Source: Alphaproteobacteria bacterium (GTDB taxonomy: Bacteria; Pseudomonadota; Alphaproteobacteria; MPNO01; UBA830). Taken from it: a DNA stretch of 64,000 nt. Positions 46,691 to 56,513 of the stretch are shown here, in pieces; the first letter of the stretch is position 1; every line of letters begins with the position of its first letter. The position numbers were made by a program, and so were the translations under genes. The notes under the pieces are model-generated. The model ran no database searches, was not told the origin of the DNA, and was given only the letters and a program-made list of their open reading frames with translations. The DNA lies in assembly GCA_965243135.1 (NCBI GenBank), contig OZ251539.1, positions 4,896,001 to 4,960,000 of the forward strand, in the 5' to 3' direction.

Positions 46691-48411
46691 GCGGCCTCGC
46701 CGGAGTAAACGGACCGGACGGCGGCGTCGCGCCGTATCTCGGCGACGGTCCCCTCGGCCAGCAGCCGCCCGTTGTGCAGCACGAACACGCGGTCGGCGAG
46801 CGTCTGCACGAGGGTCATGTCGTGCTCGATGATGAGGGCGGTCGCGCCGAGCGCGCCGGTCGCCCAGCGTATGGCGTCGATGACCTGCCGGGTTTCGGAA
46901 AGCGACAGCCCGGCGCAGGGTTCGTCGAGAAGGATCAACCGCGGTTCGGTGCAGAGCACCATGGCGAGATCCAGCACCTGGCGCTGTCCGTGCGAGAGGT
47001 CGCGAACCGAACGGTCCCGTTCGGCAAGGAACGGGAAGTTCCGCTCGAGCTCCTGCAGAACCGGGCTGGTCCAGTTCAGCGGCGTCAGCCTGACGAGATC
47101 GCTCCAGCCGGTCCTGCCGGTCCAGAGCGCGAGCGCGACGTTCTCGCCGATCGTCAGTTCGTCGAAGACGTTCGGAATCTGGAACTTGCGCCCGAGGCCG
47201 GCCCGCGTCAGGTCGCGCGCGTTCCGGACCGGCATGCCCAGCGTTCGCACGCTCCCGGACTGCGGTTTGGCCTCGCCGGTGACGGCGTCGAACGCGGTGG
47301 TCTTTCCGGCGCCGTTCGGACCGATCAGGCAATAGATGCCGGGCGCGTCGATTCCCAGGCTGAGATCGTCGAGGATCTCGACCGAACCGATTCGCAGGCG
47401 GAGCCCCTCGACCTTCAGCAGTCCCGTCGGCGGCGGCGTCCTGCGCTCCGGCGCGGGCGCGAGCTTCCGGCTGCGGCGTTCGAACCGGCGCCGCAATCCC
47501 GGTTCGAACGCGCCGAGCGCACCCTTCCTGAAATAAAGCACGGACGCGATGAACAGCGCGGCGAGAACCGCCTCCCAGTAGGTTACGGCCTCGCGCAGGC
47601 TCGCGGTCAGCAAGCCCAGCGAGACCGCGCCCAGAACGGGTCCGTAGAGGGTGGCGCGCCCTCCGACCGCGACCCAAACGACGAAGTTCGTCGACAGCAG
47701 GAAACCGAACAGGTCCGGGGTGACCAGATTGTTTTCGGGCGCGTAGAGCATGCCGGCGAGCCCGCCGAGCAAACCGCTGAATCCGAACGCGACGGACTTC
47801 AGGCGATTGTGATCGAACCCGAGAAACGCCACGCGGCGCTCGTCCTGAGCGAGCGCCCTCCAGAGAACGCCGAGCGGCGACGCGATCATCCAGCCCGCGA
47901 AAAGCATCGAGGCCGCGAGGGCGACCGCGGACAGCGCATAGGCGTCTTCGAAACCGTCCATCCCCGGAATGCCGGGGATGCCTCTCAGGCCGTTGTATCC
48001 GCCGGTCACGGAATTCCAGGACGTGGCGACCTGCGAGCCGAGCAGGACCAGCGCCAGGGTGATCAGCGCGAAGTAAGCGCCGTTCCGGGTGCGGCCGTGG
48101 AAGATCATCCTGCCGATTCCGTAGGCGAGCGCGCCCGGAACGACGGCGCTGGCGAACAGCAGCGGATAGATCAGAATGCTGTCGGAAAAGCCGATGAGGG
48201 AGAGTCCGGACAGATAGGCGCCGACGCCGACGAAGAAACCCTGCCCCAGCGAAAGAAGGCCCGCCTGCCCCCAGGAGATCCCGATTCCCAGGCAGGCGAT
48301 CGCGTACAGGAAATAAAGGGCCGTCGCGTAGGCCCAGAAATCCCCGATGACGAACGGCAGGCCGACGAGGACCGCGCCGACGAAAACGCCGTTAGCGCCT
48401 AACCAGGCCAC
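46687..48411 (-). CDS. Fused ABC permease + ATP-binding protein (UrtC-UrtD-like)
   Basis: WGQAGLLSLGQ, TGGYNGL and VAVGGRATLYGP (permease), then GPNGAGKTT, LSHGQ and LLDEP (ATPase), in one ORF. Confidence 0.9.
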   Translation of the reverse strand: MAWLGANGVFVGAVLVGLPFVIGDFWAYATALYFLYAIACLGIGISWGQAGLLSLGQGFFVGVGAYLSGLSLIGFSDSILIYPLLFASAVVPGALAYGIGRMIFHGRTRNGAYFALITLALVLLGSQVATSWNSVTGGYNGLRGIPGIPGMDGFEDAYALSAVALAASMLFAGWMIASPLGVLWRALAQDERRVAFLGFDHNRLKSVAFGFSGLLGGLAGMLYAPENNLVTPDLFGFLLSTNFVVWVAVGGRATLYGPVLGAVSLGLLTASLREAVTYWEAVLAALFIASVLYFRKGALGAFEPGLRRRFERRSRKLAPAPERRTPPPTGLLKVEGLRLRIGSVEILDDLSLGIDAPGIYCLIGPNGAGKTTAFDAVTGEAKPQSGSVRTLGMPVRNARDLTRAGLGRKFQIPNVFDELTIGENVALALWTGRTGWSDLVRLTPLNWTSPVLQELERNFPFLAERDRSVRDLSHGQRQVLDLAMVLCTEPRLILLDEPCAGLSLSETRQVIDAIRWATGALGATALIIEHDMTLVQTLADRVFVLHNGRLLAEGTVAEIRRDAAVRSVYSGEAA

Positions 48412-49240
48412 TGGGCTTCAGGCACAGGAACAGGAGCGCGGTAAGCAGGACGAACGTGTAGCCGGCGGTTCGGTCGATGGTCGCGGACACGATCGCTTCC
48501 GCGCCGCCGACGACGCCCGATCCCAGGACCAGTCCGAGCATGTTGCCCAGGCCGCCGACGACGAGAACGAAAAACGCCTTGAGCACGTAGTCGATCCCCA
48601 TTCCCGGGTGAACGGCGACGATCGGAGCCAGCAAGACGCCCGCGATGCCGCCGAGGCACAGCCCGGCGACGAACGTGTTCCGGGCGAGCCTGTCCGCCCG
48701 GATGCCGACCGACCTCGCCAGATCGGGGTTATCGACCAGCGCCCGGATTCTGCGTCCGGCGGCGCTCTTCATGAACCACAGCGCCAGTGCGCCGACGAGC
48801 GACGCGGCGGCCAGCATGACGATTAGTTGATACAGCGGGTAATCGGCTCCGAAAACGTCGACCGTGCCGGAGAGGGGTTGCCGCACGCTGCGGAACCCCC
48901 GGCCGTAAAAGGCCTCCACGATCTCCCGCAGCAGGAGGCTCACTCCCCATGTCGCGAGGATCGTGTCGAAGGGGCGCGCGTAGAGCGGCCTGATCGCCCG
49001 TTCCACCGGCCCGCCGACGGCCGCGCAGGCCAGGACGGCGACCGGGAACGCGGCCAGGTACGGCCATCCCTGCTCCTGAACGAAAAAGGCGGAGAAAGCG
49101 CCGATCATGACGAACTCGCCGTGGGCCAGGTTCAGGACGCCGAGGAGGCCCAAGGTTATCGCCAACCCCAAGGTCACCAGCGCCAGGGTGACGACCTCGA
49201 ACGAAACGTTCAACCCGTTGGCGACGAGAACCGCGTCCAT
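48392..49240 (-). CDS. ABC permease (UrtB/LivH-like)
   Basis: GVLNLAHGEFVMIGA, TILATWGVSL and VLVVGGLG. Confidence 0.92.
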   Translation of the reverse strand: MDAVLVANGLNVSFEVVTLALVTLGLAITLGLLGVLNLAHGEFVMIGAFSAFFVQEQGWPYLAAFPVAVLACAAVGGPVERAIRPLYARPFDTILATWGVSLLLREIVEAFYGRGFRSVRQPLSGTVDVFGADYPLYQLIVMLAAASLVGALALWFMKSAAGRRIRALVDNPDLARSVGIRADRLARNTFVAGLCLGGIAGVLLAPIVAVHPGMGIDYVLKAFFVLVVGGLGNMLGLVLGSGVVGGAEAIVSATIDRTAGYTFVLLTALLFLCLKPSGLVRR

Positions 49241-49249
49241 TCCGCCAGT

Positions 49250-50455
49250 TCACGCGGAGCAGGTTTCTCCGTGCCCGACGTCGTCGAACGTCCGGACGAT
49301 GCGGAACTGCGCGCCCTCGCACTCCGCGAGATACATGCTCTTCGCGACGTGCCGGTTGATCATGGTGCCGACGCCGGTGGCCGTCTTGTACTGCAGGCCC
49401 TCCGAGGCCTTCATCACGGCCGCGGCGGCGTTGCTTCCCGCCTTGTTGAGCAGCGCGGCGGCGCAGTGAGTGCCCGAGTAGGCGTCGACGCCGATCATCG
49501 AAAGCGGCGGCGCCTCGCTTCCCATCTTCTGCGCGTAGCGCTTCTTGAACGCCGCGTTCTCCGGCGAATCGACGACGGCGAAATACGACATGCAACTGTA
49601 GATCCCGGCGCTGTGCTCGGCACCGATGCCCTGCAGGGTCAGTTCCTCGCAGAGCAGCGAAAGCCGCCTCGTCGACTTGTCCAGCCCGAAACCCGCGAAG
49701 GTCCGGTTGAAATTGACGTTGTCGCCGCCCACGAGCGTGATCAGCACGAGGTCGGGCGCGGCGGCCTTGATCCTGGTGACGGCGTCGTCGAACTTGTTGC
49801 CGGCGCCGAGCGGAGCGTATTCCTCGCCCACCACCTCGCCCCCGAGAGCCGAGATGTACTCCTTGGCGCGCGCGTTGCTCCGCCGGGGCCATACGTAGTC
49901 GTTGCCGATGAGATAGAACTTCCGCAGGCCGAACGTTCCGGCGAGGGCGTTGAGCGACGGCTTGATCTGCTGCTGCGGCGTGTCGGCGGTGACGTAGGTG
50001 TTGTACGCGCATTCGCCGCCTTCGTAGAGAGGCGTGTAGACGTAGGGAACCTTCCCTTTCAGCGCTCCCACGATGGCCTGCCGCACCGCGCTGTCGTGAG
50101 AGCCGACGATCAGGTCGACCTTGTCTTTCAGGAGCATCCGCACCGCCGACTTGGCCGCTTCGGCGGGCGGCGCGCCGCCGTCGCCGGATACGATTTCGAC
50201 CTTTCGGCCGAATATGCCGCCCGCGGCGTTGACTTCGTCGACGGCGAGGGCGTTGCAGGCCGTCTGCGTCGGGCCGAACAGAGAGGCCGGGCCCGACAGG
50301 GAGAAAAACGTTCCCATTCGGACCGGTTCCGCAGCTCCGGCGGTTCCGCCGGGGAGGGCCAACATCGATGCGCTGCCTGCGAGGCCCGCAAGGATCTCTC
50401 TGCGCGTGGCGTTTCCGGTTCTCCTGCGCGTGGCGTTTCCGGTTCTCCTGCTCAT
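49250..50455 (-). CDS. Urea/amide/BCAA-type ABC substrate-binding protein (AmiC/UrtA-like), Tat signal
   Basis: TRREIL twin-Arg signal; YTPLYEGGEC, PQQQ and IGNDYVWPR. Confidence 0.9.
   Translation of the reverse strand: MSRRTGNATRRRTGNATRREILAGLAGSASMLALPGGTAGAAEPVRMGTFFSLSGPASLFGPTQTACNALAVDEVNAAGGIFGRKVEIVSGDGGAPPAEAAKSAVRMLLKDKVDLIVGSHDSAVRQAIVGALKGKVPYVYTPLYEGGECAYNTYVTADTPQQQIKPSLNALAGTFGLRKFYLIGNDYVWPRRSNARAKEYISALGGEVVGEEYAPLGAGNKFDDAVTRIKAAAPDLVLITLVGGDNVNFNRTFAGFGLDKSTRRLSLLCEELTLQGIGAEHSAGIYSCMSYFAVVDSPENAAFKKRYAQKMGSEAPPLSMIGVDAYSGTHCAAALLNKAGSNAAAAVMKASEGLQYKTATGVGTMINRHVAKSMYLAECEGAQFRIVRTFDDVGHGETCSA
50401..50448. repeat. Perfect 24-bp tandem duplication in the signal peptide
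   Basis: TGCGCGTGGCGTTTCCGGTTCTCC x2, giving RRTGNATR twice. Confidence 0.95.
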
Positions 50456-50711
50456 GGCGTCCTCCTCGGCGCGCGTTCGACGCTTCCCGCGTCCATAGTC
50501 GAATTCTTCGGCGCCGAGCGATCGCCTGTCAAGACCGGGCGGCGCAGGAGACGTCCGCCCGGTCAATGGCTCCGCCGCCGACCGCGGCCGGCTTGATTCT
50601 CAAGTCGCCCCGGCCTACGATCCGCAGCCATCGGTTTTCCGCCGCGCATTTTTGCGTTCGCGCGGGCGTCGTCGGCACGATCCGTTGCAGCGCGGTTTCC
50701 AGAAAGGAAAA

Positions 50712-52358
50712 ATGGGCAAACGCAAAAAGGGCGGCATCGCCGTGCGCGCGTCTCGTTCCGGCAAGAAAACGCCCCTCCGGCGCCCCCTGTCGCTTCGATC
50801 CATCGGAGAAGCTCCATGGTTCGCTCCGGCGCTGACCGTGGCCTATGCCCTGGTGCTGGCCTTCACCATGCATCATCACGAGATGTGGAGGGACGAGGTC
50901 CAGGCATGGATGCTCGCGCGCGACAGCGCCGATCCGCTGGATCTGATCCGCAACATGGAATACGAGGCGAGTCCCATGCTGTGGCATCTGTTGCTGATGC
51001 CGATCACGCGGCTCACCTCTTCGCCGGTCGGGATGCAGGTCTTCCATCTGGCGATCGCTTCGGCCACCATCTTCGTGGTCGCGAGGCACGCGCCGTTCGG
51101 CCCGCTGCAAAAGGTTCTGTTCGCCTTCGGCTATTTCCCTCTGTACGAATACGGCGTGATGTCGCGCAACTACGCCCTCGGCCTGCTGTTGATCGTCGCG
51201 ATGTGCGCGCTTCTGCGGCACCGTTACCGAAGGCCGCTGTGGTTGGCGCTGGTGCTGGCGCTGATGAGCCACACCAGCGCGCATGCCTGCATCGTCGCGA
51301 TCGGAACGCTGTTCGTTCTGACGGTCGATTACGCGCTCAACCGCCGAACCCTGGCGAACGGCGACGCGGCGGACGCCAGAAGACTCTGCGCGGGCTTCGC
51401 GATCGCAACCGCCGGGATCCTGCTCGCGGCGCTGCAGATGGTCCCGCCTTCCGACGTGACCAAGTCCGCGGGATCCGTGACATGGATTTTTTCGCCGTAC
51501 CTGGAGTTGAACCTGTCGTCGATCGGGAGAGTTCTGGAACTGATTCCGTTCGCTGTCTTCTTCCCCGCCGATCCGAGATTCGTGCCGGTGGTGGGACTGG
51601 TCCCGGAGCGGCCGGAAGCGGTCTATGGGGCGTTGACGGCGGCGGCGCTCGCGGCGGCCGTCGTCGCGTTCCACTGGCGGCGGCCCGTCGCGCTGACGCT
51701 GTTCCTGTGCCTGACGACGGGACTGCTGGTTTTCTTCTACGCGCTGCATTACGGCTCCTTCCGTCACCATGGCTTTCTCCTGATCGCGTTGCTGGTGCTG
51801 GTCTGGAGCGGAAGGTTCCTGACCGGCGGCCCCGTCGGCGGCAGCCGCGCGGTCAACGCGGCGGGAAGCGTTCTCTTGACGGGCCTTTTGGCGCTGCACG
51901 CGGTGGGCGGAGCGAGGGCCGTCGCCATCGAAGTCGAACAACCTTTTTCCCAAGCGAAGCGCACGGCCGAATACATTCGCGCCAACGGTCTGGAGGACTT
52001 GCCGATGATCGGCTTCCCGGACTGGAGCGCCAGCGCAGTGCTCGGCCATCTGTCGCCGCAGAAGCGGATTCATTACCTTCAGGGGAACCGGGAAGGTTCC
52101 TTCGTCGTCTACGACAGGGCGCGGATAGGCCCCGGGCCGCGAGGCGCCTACCCTGCGTGGGTCTTGATTTCGCAAGCGCAGGCCCTGGCCGCCCGGAACG
52201 ACGGAAAGGTGTTGTTCGTCCTTGCGGGCGAGTTGCAGCTTCCGTACGGCGAACGCCGCATCCGGCGACTCGCATCGTTCACGGGAGCGATGGTTCTGGA
52301 CGAGGTTTTCCATCTGTATCTCTACGAAACGCCCGCGGGCCGGAAGCGTGCGCGCTGA
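50712..52358 (+). CDS. Polytopic membrane protein, probable GT-C fold glycosyltransferase
   Basis: First loop HHEMWRDEVQAW (DE motif), YEASPMLW and YEYGVMSRNY; more than 10 TM segments. Confidence 0.7.
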   Translation: MGKRKKGGIAVRASRSGKKTPLRRPLSLRSIGEAPWFAPALTVAYALVLAFTMHHHEMWRDEVQAWMLARDSADPLDLIRNMEYEASPMLWHLLLMPITRLTSSPVGMQVFHLAIASATIFVVARHAPFGPLQKVLFAFGYFPLYEYGVMSRNYALGLLLIVAMCALLRHRYRRPLWLALVLALMSHTSAHACIVAIGTLFVLTVDYALNRRTLANGDAADARRLCAGFAIATAGILLAALQMVPPSDVTKSAGSVTWIFSPYLELNLSSIGRVLELIPFAVFFPADPRFVPVVGLVPERPEAVYGALTAAALAAAVVAFHWRRPVALTLFLCLTTGLLVFFYALHYGSFRHHGFLLIALLVLVWSGRFLTGGPVGGSRAVNAAGSVLLTGLLALHAVGGARAVAIEVEQPFSQAKRTAEYIRANGLEDLPMIGFPDWSASAVLGHLSPQKRIHYLQGNREGSFVVYDRARIGPGPRGAYPAWVLISQAQALAARNDGKVLFVLAGELQLPYGERRIRRLASFTGAMVLDEVFHLYLYETPAGRKRAR

Positions 52359-53292
52359 GACCCGAACGAACGTCGCGGTTCTCGTTCCCTGCTACAACGA
52401 GGCCGATACCGTCGCCCGGGTCGTCGGGGACTTTCGCGAGGCCCTGCCGGAAGCGCGGATCGTCGTTTGCGACAACAACTCCGAGGACGATACCGCCGCC
52501 GCCGCCCGCGCCGCCGGCGCGGAAGTGCGCCGCGAGACGCTGCAGGGGAAGGGACACGCGGTGCGGCGCATGTTCGCCGACCTCGACGCCGACGTATACG
52601 TGCTGGTGGACGGCGACGCGACCTACCATGCGCCCAGCGCCCCGGCGATGGTCGAGATGCTGCTCGATCGGGATCTGGACATGGTCGTGGCCCGCCGCCG
52701 CGCGGCCGTCGGGGAGGCGTACCGTCCCGGACACCGCTTCGGCAACCGACTGCTGTCCGGCGCCGTTCGCCGCCTGTTCGGCGTCGCCGTTCGCGACGTG
52801 CTGTCCGGCTACCGGGTGTTTTCGCGGCGTTTCGTCAAATCGTTCCCGGGACAGGCCGAAGAGTTCGAGATCGAGGCCGAGCTGACGATTCACGCGCTGG
52901 GGCTTCGCCTCCCCGTCGGCGAGATGGACACGCCGTACCATCCGCGCCCGGGCGGGTCGCAAAGCAAGCTCAACACCTGGCGCGACGGCTTCCTGATATC
53001 GTTCGCCGTCGTCCGGCTGTTCGCCGTGGAGCGGCCGTTCCGTCTTTTCATGAGTCTCGCGCTGGCGTTCTTCGCGGCGGCCACCGTCCTGTTCGTTCCG
53101 GTGCTCGGCGAGTACCTGCGGACCGGGCTGGTGCCGAAACTGCCCTCTCTGGTGGTGTCGGTCGGGGGCTACGCGCTGGCCTTCGCCTGCGCCATCGTCG
53201 GCGTGGTTCTGCAGGCGGTCTCGATCGGCCGGCGCGAGGCGAAGCGGCTGGCCTGGCTGGCCCAGACGTCCAGCCGGGCGGTCGAAAGATAA
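52348..53292 (+). CDS. Glycosyltransferase family 2 (DPM1/GtrB-like)
   Basis: VPCYNE, DNNSED, QGKG, VDGDATY, SGYRVFS and FEIE; two C-terminal TM helices. Confidence 0.93.
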   Translation: MRAETRTNVAVLVPCYNEADTVARVVGDFREALPEARIVVCDNNSEDDTAAAARAAGAEVRRETLQGKGHAVRRMFADLDADVYVLVDGDATYHAPSAPAMVEMLLDRDLDMVVARRRAAVGEAYRPGHRFGNRLLSGAVRRLFGVAVRDVLSGYRVFSRRFVKSFPGQAEEFEIEAELTIHALGLRLPVGEMDTPYHPRPGGSQSKLNTWRDGFLISFAVVRLFAVERPFRLFMSLALAFFAAATVLFVPVLGEYLRTGLVPKLPSLVVSVGGYALAFACAIVGVVLQAVSIGRREAKRLAWLAQTSSRAVER

Positions 53293-53700
53293 CTCCGCCG
53301 ACTCGTCTCTTGCGCCGCGCCGCTTTCGTCAGTTGCCCGCGCGGGCCTCAGGCGGCGGCCGCGCTCGAACCGTTGCCGCGAACGCGCGGCCGTCGCTTCG
53401 GAACGGCGCTTCGCGCGACGTGACGAAGCCGGCTTGCGGCCTCCCGCTCCATCCCGCGCGCGTCCGGACGCGTGCAAGTTTCAGGACGGACGCCTCTCGA
53501 GACCCGCCTGCGCTTCGAAGCGCGACCCGGACGCCCGGCGGATTCCGCCGGGAGAGTCGCCGGCGAGACGGCGGTCGCGACGATGCGGACGCCTGCGCGT
53601 CGATCGACCGCAGGCGATTTCGAGAAGCTGATCGGGTATAAGCGGCCGGCCTCGAAAACGGCCGCGGAACGCTGCGGCGGCCGGCAGGAAAGGAAAACCG

Positions 53701-54813
53701 ATGGCCCGACCGCCGCCCTTTCGCGCCGAACATGTCGGCAGCTTCCTCAGACCGGAATCGCTCATGGCCGTCGTTCGCGCGTACCGCGCCGGCGAAACCG
53801 GCGCGAACGACCTCCGCGACGCCCAGGACGCGGCGATACGCGAGGTCGTCGCGCTGCAGGAGTCGATGGGACTGAAATCCGCCACCGACGGCGAATTCCG
53901 CCGCCGCGGCTGGTCGGCCGGATTCATCGACGCGGTCGACGGCTTCGGCCTGCGGGAAGGCGCCATCGGCTTCCGCGACGGGCGCGAGTCGAAGGCGGCC
54001 GAACTTTCTCCCTACGCCCGCGAAAAGCTCCGGCGAACGCGTCCCGTCGTCCGCGACGAGTTCGCGTTCCTGAAGAGCGCCGTGCGCGCCGCGCTTCCCA
54101 AGGCGACCATGCCGTCGCCGCCGGTCATGCACTATTTCCTCGGCCCGCGCGCCGCGGACGAAACCGTTTACCCCGACCTCGAGGAGTATTTCGAGGATCT
54201 GATCGCGATCTACCGGCAGGAGATCGCGGCGCTCGCCGACGCCGGATGCGCCTATCTCCAGCTCGACGACACGGCGCTGCCGTGCAACTGCGACGTCCGG
54301 TTCCGGGAGGACGTGAGAAACCGCGGAGAGGATCCGGACGCCCTGACCCGGCGGTACGCGGCGATGATCAACGACGCCGTGGCCGGCCGGCCGGCCGGCA
54401 TGCGCGTCGCCGTCCACATGTGCCGCGGCAATCTGAAGGGAACGTGGATGGCCGAAGGGGGCTACGACGCGATCGCGGAAACGCTGTTCGGCGAAGCGCG
54501 GGTCGACGCCTGGTTCATGGAGTACGACACGGACCGGGCGGGGGACTTCGCGCCGCTGCGCTTCATGCCGCCGGACCGCGTTGTCGTGCTCGGGCTGGTG
54601 TCGACCAAGACGCCGGTCCTGGAGGCGAAGGACGATCTCAAGCGGCGCATCGAGGACGCCTCGCGCTACGTGCCTCTCGAGCGCCTTTGCCTCAGCCCGC
54701 AATGCGGATTCTCCTCCGCGCCCGGCGGCGGGCAGGTCATCGACGAAGACGACCAGAAGCGCAAGCTGGCGCTGATCGTCGAGACCGCGCGCGAGGTCTG
54801 GGGAGAGGCGTAG
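53701..54813 (+). CDS. Single-barrel cobalamin-independent methionine synthase-like protein (MetE C-domain/YxjH-type)
   Basis: EHVGSFLRP, TDGEFRR, LQLDD, HMCRGN, EYD and LSPQCGF (Zn ligands). Confidence 0.9.
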   Translation: MARPPPFRAEHVGSFLRPESLMAVVRAYRAGETGANDLRDAQDAAIREVVALQESMGLKSATDGEFRRRGWSAGFIDAVDGFGLREGAIGFRDGRESKAAELSPYAREKLRRTRPVVRDEFAFLKSAVRAALPKATMPSPPVMHYFLGPRAADETVYPDLEEYFEDLIAIYRQEIAALADAGCAYLQLDDTALPCNCDVRFREDVRNRGEDPDALTRRYAAMINDAVAGRPAGMRVAVHMCRGNLKGTWMAEGGYDAIAETLFGEARVDAWFMEYDTDRAGDFAPLRFMPPDRVVVLGLVSTKTPVLEAKDDLKRRIEDASRYVPLERLCLSPQCGFSSAPGGGQVIDEDDQKRKLALIVETAREVWGEA

Positions 54814-54982
54814 GGCGGGCCGGGAAATCGCGGCGACGCGAACGCCTCGCCTTTGTTTCCGGCGGCGTCCCGCGCGGGAACCGGAGGCTCCGCGCTTCGG
54901 CGCGAAGCGCCGCTCGAATTTTTCTCGCAAGGCGGCGCGACAACGGTTAGATTCCGCTCGTCAAGCAAAGGGAGATAGTTCG

Positions 54983-55987
54983 ATGAAGGCACTCAAACCG
55001 CTCGCGGCGGTCGCCGCCGCGCTTGGCTTCGCCGCCGCCGCCGACGCCCAGACGGTGTTGCGGATCAGTTCGTGGGCGCCGCCGACCCATTTCGTCAACT
55101 CCAAGATCTGGCCGGAATGGGGGGCGATGGTCTCCAAGGCGACCGAAGGGCGCGTCAAGACCAAGGTCGAATACAAGCTCGCCTCGCCGCCGAAGCAGTT
55201 CGGCGTCGTGCGCGACGGCATCGCGGACGCCGCCTGGATCTTCCACGGGTACAACACCCGTTACGTGGCGACCCAGATCGTCGAAATGCCCGGCCTCGGC
55301 ACGAGCGCCGAGGCGGCGGCGGTCGCCTACTGGCAGGTCCACCAGAAATATCTCGCGAAGGCCGACGAACACCGGGGCGTCGAGTTGATCGGCCTGCATT
55401 CCCACGGCCCGGCCGTCATCCACACCAAGCGCCCCCTCGAGAGTCTCGAGGGTCTCAAGGGCATGAAGGTGCGCGTGCCCGGCGGCGTCGGCAGCCTGGT
55501 CGGGCGCACCCTGGGCGTCACCGCCGTGAAGCTTCCTGCGCCGAAGGTCTACGAAGCGCTGTCCTCCGGCGTCGCGGACGGCATCTTCATGCCGATAGAA
55601 ACCCAGAAGAGCTTCCGGCTCAAGGAAGTGGTGCCGTTCGTGACGATCATGCCGGGCGGCCTCTATTACGGCAGCTTCGCCTTCCTGGTCAGTCCGGCGT
55701 TCCTCAAGAAGCTCTCGGACAAGGACAGAGCCGCGATCATGAGCGTTTCCGGCCTCGAGTTCTCGAAACTGGGCAGGCACTGGGACGAGGCGGACGTCGC
55801 GGGCCGCGACGACGCCCTGAAAGCGGGAACCAAGATCGCCGCCGCTTCCGACGCCATGCGCGACGCCTACTACGCGCGCATGAAGCCGGTGGAGGACGCC
55901 TGGGCCGCGAAAGTCGCCAAATGGTTCGACGGCGGAACGGCCCTGGCCGAACTGCGCGAACTGGCTCGGGCGTACGACAAGAAGTAA
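54983..55987 (+). CDS. TRAP transporter substrate-binding protein DctP
   Basis: Signal peptide; VRDGIAD, LKGMKVRVPG and VYEALSSGVADG. Confidence 0.92.
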   Translation: MKALKPLAAVAAALGFAAAADAQTVLRISSWAPPTHFVNSKIWPEWGAMVSKATEGRVKTKVEYKLASPPKQFGVVRDGIADAAWIFHGYNTRYVATQIVEMPGLGTSAEAAAVAYWQVHQKYLAKADEHRGVELIGLHSHGPAVIHTKRPLESLEGLKGMKVRVPGGVGSLVGRTLGVTAVKLPAPKVYEALSSGVADGIFMPIETQKSFRLKEVVPFVTIMPGGLYYGSFAFLVSPAFLKKLSDKDRAAIMSVSGLEFSKLGRHWDEADVAGRDDALKAGTKIAAASDAMRDAYYARMKPVEDAWAAKVAKWFDGGTALAELRELARAYDKK

Positions 55988-55989
55988 CC

Positions 55990-56502
55990 GTGGAAGACGT
56001 TCCGTCCCGTCGGTCGCGCCTCCCGGGCAGATTGTTCGGAGCGGCGACCGACGGGACCTCGTCGGCGACTTTGTTCGCCCTGATGGCGATGACGTGCGTC
56101 GACGTTGCCGGGCGGGAGATTTTCGGGGCGCCGCTCGACGGAGCGACGGAACTGACGCAGATCATGATGGGAATCATCGTGTTCGCGGTCCTTCCGCTCG
56201 TCAGTCTCCACGAACGGCACATCACCGTCGACCTGCTCGACCGCTGGTTTCCGCAGCGGCTCACCGGCCTTCGCCGCAGGATCCTCAATCTCGCCGCGGG
56301 CGTCATCATGGCCGCCGTCTGCTGGCGGGTCTGGGTTATCGGGGCGTACCAGTCCGAATACGGCGACGCGACGGAGTTTCTGGCGATTCCGCTGGGGCCG
56401 GTCAGCTATTTCATCTCCGCGATGAGCGGCGTCGCGGCGGTCGCCCTCCTGGCGAACGCGCTTCGCCGCGGAAAACCGGCCGGCCCGTCCGCGCCGGCGT
56501 AA
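55990..56502 (+). CDS. TRAP small permease DctQ
   Basis: DVAGR, GATELT and HITVDLL; 4 TM helices. Confidence 0.88.
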   Translation: MEDVPSRRSRLPGRLFGAATDGTSSATLFALMAMTCVDVAGREIFGAPLDGATELTQIMMGIIVFAVLPLVSLHERHITVDLLDRWFPQRLTGLRRRILNLAAGVIMAAVCWRVWVIGAYQSEYGDATEFLAIPLGPVSYFISAMSGVAAVALLANALRRGKPAGPSAPA

Positions 56503-56513
56503 GCGCGCGCTCG

